A DNA stretch of 64,000 nucleotides, from positions 9,613-73,612 of the forward strand of contig CAKQRZ010000009.1 of the NCBI GenBank assembly GCA_934271715.1. The letters run 5' to 3'. Of the stretch, positions 9,491 to 17,174 are shown in pieces. The notes beneath the pieces are model-generated. The model searched no databases, was not told where the DNA came from, and saw nothing but the letters and a program-made list of their open reading frames with translations. Each line of letters begins with the position of its first letter. The stretch's first letter is position 1. This DNA is from an uncultured Alphaproteobacteria bacterium. GTDB lineage: Bacteria > Pseudomonadota > Alphaproteobacteria > RF32 > CAG-239. The position numbers were made by a program, and so were the translations under genes.

Positions 9491-9660
9491 CTGCAAAAAC
9501 GTGCTTGACGGCAGAAAAAGCGTCTTTAATCAGATGTTCAGGATTTGCAGAGAGAGAGAGAGAGACCTTTGCTTAGCTTATTTTTCATCTTTCTTTCCTC
9601 ATTTTTAAGTTAATTTACATTTTTATTCTATGCCAGCCATATTCCCTATGTCAACCGGAA
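9491..9660 (-). promoter_or_regulatory. Class A pilin leader: sigma70-like promoter, RBS and uORF with a (CT)n tract
   Basis: Minus-sense TTGACA-N17-CATAGAAT, then gaggaaagaaagATG; uORF MKNKLSKGLSLSLCKS* contains the 17-nt tc run (plus 9549-9565). This is followed by a ctgcaaa/tttgcag inverted repeat. Confidence 0.6.
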
Positions 9661-9676
9661 AATGAATTAGCATATT

Positions 9677-10336
9677 TTAAAAATCTATAGTAACAGAACA
9701 CACTTCTTTTTTTGAACAAAGTTCACAGTTGTCATGTATTTCGCTGATACTAATGTTATTTAAACACTTTCGTCCTGCAGAACAATTTTTATCGCCATAA
9801 AAAATTGATGAATTTCCAGCAGATCTAAAAAAAAGTAATAGTTCTAAGGAAGAATGTAAGGGCTTAACCACATTACTGACAAGTTCGGTACAAAATTTAG
9901 TGGAAAAATTTTCGGTTATCCATGAACTTTCATCAGGAAATTGTGAACCACCTAAGACAAAATCAAAACGAAGATTTCCGTTTCTTGAATAAATAGCGAT
10001 AATATTGCTATATGGGTCTTCAAATAAATTTTCTTGTGTAGAATCTAAATTATTTGTTTTCATATTCCAAGTTGGCGGAACTAAATTTAAAGCGTTTGCT
10101 AGTTTTATAAGTGGAGTAGTTTTTCCGTCCACATATTTAGTGGAATATTTAAATTCATCTAGGTGTTCCAACATTCCATAAATTAAGTAGCTATATTCTT
10201 CAATCGCCTTATCAAGCTTAAATTTCTCCATAGCTTTGGAATATCCGGCTATTCCGGCAACGCTCAGTACGCCGATAATCGCCAGCACGCCGAGCATTTC
10301 AATCATGCTTCTCCCTTTTTCTAAATTCTTATACAT
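9677..10336 (-). CDS. Type IV pilin-like protein with Cys-rich C-terminus (paralogue 2)
   Basis: MYKNLEKG|RSMIEMLGVLAIIGVLSVAGIAGYSKAMEKFK; C-terminal CELCSKKEVCSVTIDF. GGAG RBS sits before MYKN. Confidence 0.8.
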   Translation of the reverse strand: MYKNLEKGRSMIEMLGVLAIIGVLSVAGIAGYSKAMEKFKLDKAIEEYSYLIYGMLEHLDEFKYSTKYVDGKTTPLIKLANALNLVPPTWNMKTNNLDSTQENLFEDPYSNIIAIYSRNGNLRFDFVLGGSQFPDESSWITENFSTKFCTELVSNVVKPLHSSLELLLFFRSAGNSSIFYGDKNCSAGRKCLNNISISEIHDNCELCSKKEVCSVTIDF

Positions 10337-10366
10337 ATTTCTAACTCCGTTTAATTTGTTGTACAT

Positions 10367-10570
10367 AAAACAAAACCCGCTACAAAAAGCGGGCGGATGT
10401 TCAGAAACCGTACGAAAACAAACGGCTCGGCTTATTCAGCTCATAGCCATATTCAGCCGACATCCGCCTAACAGACAGAAATCGGCATAACAAGTTTTAA
10501 GTCGCTATGCATAACGACTGTTTTCGTAAAGGGGTTCTGACGCCCTAGACAGACTATCGTCTATCCAAAA
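10367..10570 (-). promoter_or_regulatory. Class B pilin leader with intrinsic-terminator hairpin (putative attenuator or riboswitch)
   Basis: Conserved about 190 nt shared with 30788-31030, 47270-47464 and partly 42520-42746. Minus-sense ...catccgcccgctttttgtagcgggttttgtttt lies just 5' of the RBS. Confidence 0.55.
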
Positions 10571-10724
10571 ATTATTTTAACGGAATAATATGCGAAAGTA
10601 AAGGATTTTTATAATTAAGTAAAAACAAAGCATTATCAGGATATTGCTTTAAACAAAAAAAGACTTTCATTACAAATTGCTGTACACAATCTGTGATGAA
10701 AGTCTTTATTAAAGATACTTGGCG

Positions 10725-11573
10725 TTATTTGCCCATCAATTCTCTGCGGTCACAGCTGCGATAAATGAGCCATTTGTAAATGGACAGCATTTTCTCGTTT
10801 CCGGCAACGGCCAAATCTTCAGGATGCCATTGCACACACAAAATACCATCATCCATATTGCCCCAAGCTTCCGGAATGCAATCAGATGAAATCGCGTAAA
10901 TATCCAAATCGCTGTTTTTGTCGTCCGGTATAACTCCTTCACGATGGCGGGAATTTACTGTAATTTTCTTACCTAACCACGCGCGGAGCGGAGTAGCCGG
11001 ATAAATAATAACCTGATGAGCATTGACTTCAGAAGTCTTGTGTTCAATAGATGAACGAGTTTCGTTCAGGTTACGGTACAGCTTCATGCCATGAACACCT
11101 GCCACCATCTGAGCGCCTGCGCAAATACCTAAGATAGGAATTGCGTTTTCTTCGGCCACGCGGATGGCTTCAATATACGCCTTAGAACGAAGACTCGGTT
11201 CTTCAGGACTGTTAACGCGGGTTGCGTAGAATTCATCCGGAGAAACAAACGCTCCACCAGGCAGAACAAGTCCGTCAATTTCAGCCATTTGGGTTTCTAC
11301 TTGGGTATAGGTTAAACCCATGATGCGTCCGCCGGCCATGCAGATTGCCTTAGCGTAGTTGTAGTCTATAGAATAGTGTCCTTTCTCGCGTCCCAGCAAA
11401 AAACCGATTGTCGGAGCATCTGCATCATAGTCAAGTCCTAGTTCTTGCACTTCATCCCAGGGAAACAGAATTACAGGAAAATCGCCTTGTGCAATAACCT
11501 GATTTACTTTTTCGTCTGAAATTACATACGCGTTAAACTGAGGCTCATAAACCAAATATAAAACCTTTTGCAT
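10725..11573 (-). CDS. Class I glutamine amidotransferase-like, C26 gamma-glutamyl hydrolase (PuuD-like)
   Basis: GICAGAQM nucleophile-Cys motif and VQWHPE His-Glu motif. Confidence 0.65.
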   Translation of the reverse strand: MQKVLYLVYEPQFNAYVISDEKVNQVIAQGDFPVILFPWDEVQELGLDYDADAPTIGFLLGREKGHYSIDYNYAKAICMAGGRIMGLTYTQVETQMAEIDGLVLPGGAFVSPDEFYATRVNSPEEPSLRSKAYIEAIRVAEENAIPILGICAGAQMVAGVHGMKLYRNLNETRSSIEHKTSEVNAHQVIIYPATPLRAWLGKKITVNSRHREGVIPDDKNSDLDIYAISSDCIPEAWGNMDDGILCVQWHPEDLAVAGNEKMLSIYKWLIYRSCDRRELMGK

Positions 11574-11663
11574 AAAAATAATAATTTAAAAGTTAATAAT
11601 AAAAAGAATACTGCTTATTATAAACAGTTGTTTAGTTTTGTCAAACTTTTTTTGTATAAAAGC

Positions 11664-12344
11664 TTAAAGTTTGTCAATAACCGGATAGTTCTGCCAGCCT
11701 TTGAGATTGTAGTGCCACCACTCGTGCGGAATGCTTTCAAAGCCGTGGCTTTCCATCAGCGCTTTTAAAAATGCACGATTTTCAAGTGCTTGACGGTCTG
11801 CATCCATGTAGTCATGACGAGCTTTTTTCAGATGTTTCTGAAATTCAGCAAACTGACCGGCGGCCACTTGCAGCTGAAATTCTTTGGTATAGGCGTCAAC
11901 TTCAGTCGGAAAGGCAAGGTTGTTGCCGTTTTCGTCTGTCAGACATACGTCAACAGCAGTCCCGTGGCAATGATTTGAAGTTTTGTAATCTGCTTTAAAA
12001 AAGCCAGGAATAGGCACAGCTTCAAACAGCGCCTGATGAGCCTGAGGCAGACGATAAGCATCGCGGATGCGCATGCGGTAATGGCGCTTTGCCAGCTCCG
12101 GAATGACCGAGAGCAAGGCCTGATAGGCGTTTTTGTGCAGATAAGCTTTATTTTGCTGCGGAAAAGACATATACACAGCTTTGCCAGACATGTTATCCGG
12201 AGTTGCGTACATCATATCCACAATAAAATAAGGATTATCAACCAGAACAAGATTGTTGTTCATATCAGTACCTTTCTTAACAGAATCCAAACTACTAAAG
12301 TCATAAGACTTTGACAAACAAGCTAAATTTGTACTTTTTTCCAT
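11664..12344 (-). CDS. M15 D-Ala-D-Ala dipeptidase (VanX/DdpX-like)
   Basis: SNHCHGTAVD matches SxHxxGxAxD; PHEWWHY matches the VanX EWWH motif. Confidence 0.65.
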   Translation of the reverse strand: MEKSTNLACLSKSYDFSSLDSVKKGTDMNNNLVLVDNPYFIVDMMYATPDNMSGKAVYMSFPQQNKAYLHKNAYQALLSVIPELAKRHYRMRIRDAYRLPQAHQALFEAVPIPGFFKADYKTSNHCHGTAVDVCLTDENGNNLAFPTEVDAYTKEFQLQVAAGQFAEFQKHLKKARHDYMDADRQALENRAFLKALMESHGFESIPHEWWHYNLKGWQNYPVIDKL

Positions 12345-12396
12345 AATAACAATTTTAGAAAATAAATAATAAAATTAACAAAGCTATTATAGAAAA

Positions 12397-13263
12397 TTAG
12401 AAAATTTTGTCAAGTTTTATTTTGTAGTTTTGCGCCTGCTGCGCCAGCCAGTTATATATGCGCTGCATAGAAATATCTCCGTTGGCGGCAAAGTCTTCGG
12501 GGTGCCATTGAATGCACAGTATATCTTTTTCAGAATTTCCCCAGGCTTCCGGTACATTGTCTTCCGTGCGGGCATAAATCGTCAATTTGCTGTCTGAAGC
12601 ATAAGGCAACATAGATTCCGTGTGGCGCGAATTGGTTTCAATCTCCTCAGTTTGCAAAAGGTCAAACAGCGGCGAGGGCTTTTTAATTAAAACTTTATGA
12701 GCGTCTAAAATCTTGGTTTTATGCTCAATATCCGTGTTGGTATATTGTTTGGTGTTGCGGTACATTTTCATACCCAGCATGCCGCCAATCATCTGGGCAC
12801 CGGCGCAGATGCCCAGCATTGGCAAATTCTGCTGCAAAGCGGCGGTTATGCAGTCAAGATAGGCTTTAGCACGGGCTTCATATTTGGCAGAGAGCTGCGG
12901 CGCGGCGTCGCAGTAAAATTGTTCAGGCGACGGAAATCTTCCGCCCGGCAAAATTAAGCCGTGAATTCCGCTCATTTGCTTGGTGCAGGCAGAGTAGGTT
13001 AAAAAACGGATATTTACGCCGGATTGCAAAATAGCGCGGGCGTAGTTATAGTCAATAGTGTAGTAATTTTCATCGCGTCCCAGCAAAAAGCCGATGGTCG
13101 GTTTGTCTTCTTTCGGCGCGGAGGCAAGCTGCTCAATATCCTGAGGAGCTAAAGAAATTAAAGGAATTATATTTTGTTTTTCAAATAAGTTTATTTGCTC
13201 ATCGCTGATGCCGTAAGCTTCGTATTGCGGCAGATATTCTAAAGTAACAGATTGTGTGTGCAT
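12397..13263 (-). CDS. C26 gamma-glutamyl hydrolase-like, paralogue of 10725-11573
   Basis: GICAGAQMIGG and IQWHPE; same architecture and N-terminal extension as its paralogue. Confidence 0.65.
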   Translation of the reverse strand: MHTQSVTLEYLPQYEAYGISDEQINLFEKQNIIPLISLAPQDIEQLASAPKEDKPTIGFLLGRDENYYTIDYNYARAILQSGVNIRFLTYSACTKQMSGIHGLILPGGRFPSPEQFYCDAAPQLSAKYEARAKAYLDCITAALQQNLPMLGICAGAQMIGGMLGMKMYRNTKQYTNTDIEHKTKILDAHKVLIKKPSPLFDLLQTEEIETNSRHTESMLPYASDSKLTIYARTEDNVPEAWGNSEKDILCIQWHPEDFAANGDISMQRIYNWLAQQAQNYKIKLDKIF

Positions 13264-13424
13264 TGCTTTTCCTTTTTTTGTTTTATACTAATGATTTTTA
13301 CGGAAATAAATTTTTTGTGTCAAGAGTACATGAAATATAAAATTACATTTTTTCAATAGAAAAAGTGTAAATGATAGTGGAGATAAAGCAAAAGCCTCAC
13401 TTTGCAGCGAGGCTTTTTAGGTGT

Positions 13425-14192
13425 CTATTTAAGTTTATAGACTGTTATCTGACGAACTTTGAAACACTCAACCAACATACCGGGTTTGGCATTAGCCCAT
13501 TTAGGGTCATCATAAGTATGTAATCTGACTTTGTGACCGTTGGTAAAGGTTACATCAATAATGGAGATTGTAGCTCTGTCTTGCGTTTTATTATCTCGGA
13601 TTATTGTTTTGTTGATTTCAGATTGCGTATTAGCAGAATACCACTGAACCTTTTGAGCAATGCTTGGTTCTAAGTTTTTTTCAAATTGTTTTGATGTCCA
13701 ATTATTGCTTAAATGCACAGAATAAGCTTTATAAGCCGAAACCAATTTAACATCTTTAATTTTCAGAAGCTTTCTGTCTTTTTTATAAACAGGTTGAAGA
13801 ATTCTGCCATCAGAATAAAGCAGCATGTCTTTTCTATATAAACCTTCTTTATATTTATGAAAAATTGAACTGACTTTTTTTGCTGGGTAAACTTGCTCGA
13901 AATCAGTGGGCCAATGAATTGTAGTGATGATTACTTTTTTCAATTCACTGTCATATAGATAATTAGGTTGAGAGTAGCAGAATTCAAGCGAAGTTATAGC
14001 ATCTGATTTACAAATAACTCTTGAGGTGTACCAATCACGCATTGCATAACGCATACCTTTAACAAAGAAAGAGGATTTTTCATATAAGCTTTCTTTAACT
14101 TTTATATTATCCAGTCTATAGAACCTGATTTGAGCCGAAGCGTTAAAGTTAAACACAAAAGCCATCAAGATAACTAAAAATAATCTCATCAT
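13425..14192 (-). CDS. Hypothetical secreted protein (copy A of a tandem duplication)
   Basis: Signal peptide MMRLFLVILMAFVFNFNASAQIRFY...; the C-terminus ...VRQITVYKLK is shared with 14382-15158. Confidence 0.5.
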   Translation of the reverse strand: MMRLFLVILMAFVFNFNASAQIRFYRLDNIKVKESLYEKSSFFVKGMRYAMRDWYTSRVICKSDAITSLEFCYSQPNYLYDSELKKVIITTIHWPTDFEQVYPAKKVSSIFHKYKEGLYRKDMLLYSDGRILQPVYKKDRKLLKIKDVKLVSAYKAYSVHLSNNWTSKQFEKNLEPSIAQKVQWYSANTQSEINKTIIRDNKTQDRATISIIDVTFTNGHKVRLHTYDDPKWANAKPGMLVECFKVRQITVYKLK

Positions 14193-14381
14193 AATAAAAC
14201 CGGAATGTTTAAAGAGTCTTTGTTTGACCGGATACTCTGTATATAATAATAAATTGATAGACGTAATATAAAATATTTGAAAACTTTTGTCAATATTGTT
14301 TTGTCGGATTAAATCTACAACATAAAATATTTATGTTGTAAAGCAAAAAGCCTCACTATCATAGTGAGGCTTTTTAGGTGT

Positions 14382-15158
14382 CTATTTAAGTTTATAGACA
14401 GTTATCTGACGAACTTTGAAACGCTCAACAATCATACCAGGTTTGGCATTTTCCCATGCAGGTTTATTGTACCATTTGGGGTCATCATAGGTCTGAAGTT
14501 TTACTTTTTGACCATTTGTAAATGTCACTTCTATGACAGATATTTTTTTCTTTTCCTGAAAAACAACATCTGTCGCATTGTGCTTACCTTGTTTGTATTC
14601 TGCAGCCCAAGTTAAAGATTGTTCAGGTATCCAATGATAGATGTTTGCCATAAACTGAGCGTTAGTCCAATTTGTGCCTAGTGTTACTTTTTGAGAATTA
14701 TATTCAGAGCATAACTTTATTGATTTAATTTTCAAAAGCAGTCTGTACTGCTTGCTAATCATTTCAACGGTTGCGCCGTCAGAGTATAGTAATTGCCCTT
14801 TTGTATATGATCCATATGCCAGTGCAGCATTATAAGGAGTGTATGTTTGCATATATTCCATCGGAGGATTGGTGCATTTTGTCACTATACTTATTTTTTC
14901 TAAATATCCATCTCGTTTATAGTCTGCATCAATATAGGTTAAAGAGCCGGAGGAACAAAAATACTTTCCTTTATAGCTATGAGTTTCTGTTTTAGGAAGA
15001 AGCAACATGCTCTTTCCCATATAAACAATCCTTGTTCCTGTTGTCTCGTACGTCCTATCTTTAATTTGTATATTATCCAGACTATAGAATCTGATTTGAG
15101 CCGAAGCGTTATAATTAAACACAAAAGCCATCAAGATAACTAAAAATAATCTCATCAT
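14382..15158 (-). CDS. Hypothetical secreted protein (copy B of a tandem duplication)
   Basis: N- and C-termini identical to copy A with a divergent middle; the upstream 165 bp and the downstream terminator are duplicated exactly. Confidence 0.5.
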   Translation of the reverse strand: MMRLFLVILMAFVFNYNASAQIRFYSLDNIQIKDRTYETTGTRIVYMGKSMLLLPKTETHSYKGKYFCSSGSLTYIDADYKRDGYLEKISIVTKCTNPPMEYMQTYTPYNAALAYGSYTKGQLLYSDGATVEMISKQYRLLLKIKSIKLCSEYNSQKVTLGTNWTNAQFMANIYHWIPEQSLTWAAEYKQGKHNATDVVFQEKKKISVIEVTFTNGQKVKLQTYDDPKWYNKPAWENAKPGMIVERFKVRQITVYKLK

Positions 15159-15400
15159 AATAAAACCGGAATGTTTAAAGAGTCTTTGTTTGACCGGATA
15201 CTCTGTATATAATAATAAATTGATAGACGTAATATAAAATATTTGAAAACTTTTGTCAATATTGTTTTGTCGGATTAAATTTAAAAAACACTTGAATTTA
15301 AAATTTATTTGCGGTATAAAGCTTTTTGTCTGAGTTGTTCGGGCGAATTGGCATGCCTGACAGCTTGTTGTTTAATTCCAGTTTATTGAAAGGGAATAAA

Positions 15401-15595
15401 ATGCCTAAATTGAAAACTAAAAGAGCCGCTGCTAAGCGTTTCGGCGTTACCGGCACCGGCAAATTGAAAAGAAACCATTCGTTCAAGAGACACCTTCTCT
15501 TCAACAAACCAAAGAAAATGAAAAGACAGGCTCGCGGCTCTGTTATTATTGCAGCTGCCAACAAGTTTGTTAAAAAGTTTTTACCGTTTATTTAG
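15401..15595 (+). CDS. rpmI: 50S ribosomal protein L35
   Basis: [31 protein letters not shown]. Confidence 0.9.
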   Translation: MPKLKTKRAAAKRFGVTGTGKLKRNHSFKRHLLFNKPKKMKRQARGSVIIAAANKFVKKFLPFI

Positions 15596-15608
15596 GGGAG
15601 GATAGGAT

Positions 15609-15968
15609 ATGTCTCGTGTTAAAAGAGGTTTAACGGCTCACGCTCGCCATAAAAAAATTTTGGATATGGCTAAAGGCTATAGAGGTCGTAATAAAAATGT
15701 ATTCAGAGTTGCTGTTGAAAAAGTTGAAAAAGGTTTGCAATATGCTTACCGTGACAGAAAAGCAAAGAAAAGAAGTTTCCGCTCTTTGTGGATTCAACGT
15801 ATCAACGCTGCTACACGTATCCATGATATGACTTACTCCCGATTTATCAGCGGGCTGATTAAAGCCGGTGTTGAACTTGACCGTAAAGTTCTTGCTGATA
15901 TCGCTTTGAAGGAGCCCCAAGCATTTGCTAAGTTGGTAGAAACTGCCAAAGCGGCTCTTAAGAAATAA
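15609..15968 (+). CDS. rplT: 50S ribosomal protein L20
   Basis: [35 protein letters not shown]. Confidence 0.9.
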   Translation: MSRVKRGLTAHARHKKILDMAKGYRGRNKNVFRVAVEKVEKGLQYAYRDRKAKKRSFRSLWIQRINAATRIHDMTYSRFISGLIKAGVELDRKVLADIALKEPQAFAKLVETAKAALKK

Positions 15969-16064
15969 AATAGATACAAAGTAAAAAGAATAAAAAAGAG
16001 TCGGCAAACGGGCAGTCCCGAGGCGGACTCTTTTTTATGTTTTAAAAAACTAAGGTTGCAAATA

Positions 16065-17174
16065 ATGGAAAATTTAGAAGAATTAAAAAACGATACCCTG
16101 ACAAAAATCAGGGCGGCCGCAAATTTGAAAGAATTAGATGAAATCCGCGTGGTCGTTTTGGGTAAAAAAGGTAAGCTGACCGAACAAATGAAAGGATTGG
16201 GCGCTTTGCCGCAGGAAGAAAAAATTGCCGCCGGTAAGGCTTTGAACGTTATCAAAAACGAAATTGACGCCGCGATTACAGAACAAAAATCCGTATTGGA
16301 AGAAAAAGCTCTAAACGAAAAATTGACAAGCGAAACCATTGATGTTACTTTGCCGGTTCGTCCCGAAACTCAAGGACGCATTCACCCTGTATCAAAAATT
16401 TATGAAGAAGTTGTCGCTATTTTTGGCGAAATGGGATTCACGGTGGCAAACGGTCCGGATATTGAAGACCAATTCCATAACTTTAACGCTTTGAATATGC
16501 CGGCAAACCATCCGGCACGCCAAATGCAGGATACATTCTACCTCAGCAGCAACCCTGAGGAACCATTTGATATGGACACCGCATACGTTATCCGTACTCA
16601 CACATCGGGAATGCAAATCCGCACTATGGAAAAGCAGCAGCCGCCAATCCGCATTATTGCTCCGGGGCGCACATATCGCTCGGACTATGACGCTACTCAC
16701 ACTCCGATGTTTCATCAGGTTGAGGGTTTGGTGATTGATAAAAACATTACCATGGCGCATCTTAAAGGCTGCTTATATGACTTTATGAAAGCCTTTTTTG
16801 AACTGGACGATTTGCCGGTGCGCTATCGTCCGTCATATTTTCCGTTTACCGAACCTTCGGCAGAAATGGACATCGGCTGTCTGAAAACTAAAAACGAGCT
16901 GAAAATTGGCGCGGGGACAGATTGGCTTGAAGTTTTGGGTTGCGGTATGGTACACCCGAATGTTTTGAAAGCCGGCGGAATTGATCCTAACGAATATCAG
17001 GGTTTTGCTTTTGGCTTGGGAATTGACCGTTTGGCTATGCTGAAATATGGTATTCCTGATTTGCGCACATTCTTTGAATCTGATGTTCGTTGGCTCAAAC
17101 ACTATGGTTTTACGCCGCTTGATTTTTCTTCTATGACCGGTGGTTTAAGCAATAACGGAGGACTTACACGATGA
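16065..17174 (+). CDS. pheS: Phenylalanine--tRNA ligase alpha subunit
   Basis: Class II aaRS motifs (FPFTEPSAE..., GLGIDRLAML); ATG at 16065 preferred over the TTG at 16056. Confidence 0.9.
   Translation: MENLEELKNDTLTKIRAAANLKELDEIRVVVLGKKGKLTEQMKGLGALPQEEKIAAGKALNVIKNEIDAAITEQKSVLEEKALNEKLTSETIDVTLPVRPETQGRIHPVSKIYEEVVAIFGEMGFTVANGPDIEDQFHNFNALNMPANHPARQMQDTFYLSSNPEEPFDMDTAYVIRTHTSGMQIRTMEKQQPPIRIIAPGRTYRSDYDATHTPMFHQVEGLVIDKNITMAHLKGCLYDFMKAFFELDDLPVRYRPSYFPFTEPSAEMDIGCLKTKNELKIGAGTDWLEVLGCGMVHPNVLKAGGIDPNEYQGFAFGLGIDRLAMLKYGIPDLRTFFESDVRWLKHYGFTPLDFSSMTGGLSNNGGLTR

Noticed and set aside
9549-9565. (GA)n tracts as CRISPR or microsatellite arrays
   Set aside because: Single short dinucleotide runs inside a conserved leader. 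No repeat-spacer architecture.
15286-15400. L20-binding autoregulatory leader upstream of rpmI
   Set aside because: Plausible by analogy, but no convincing pseudoknot or L20 mimic could be built by eye.
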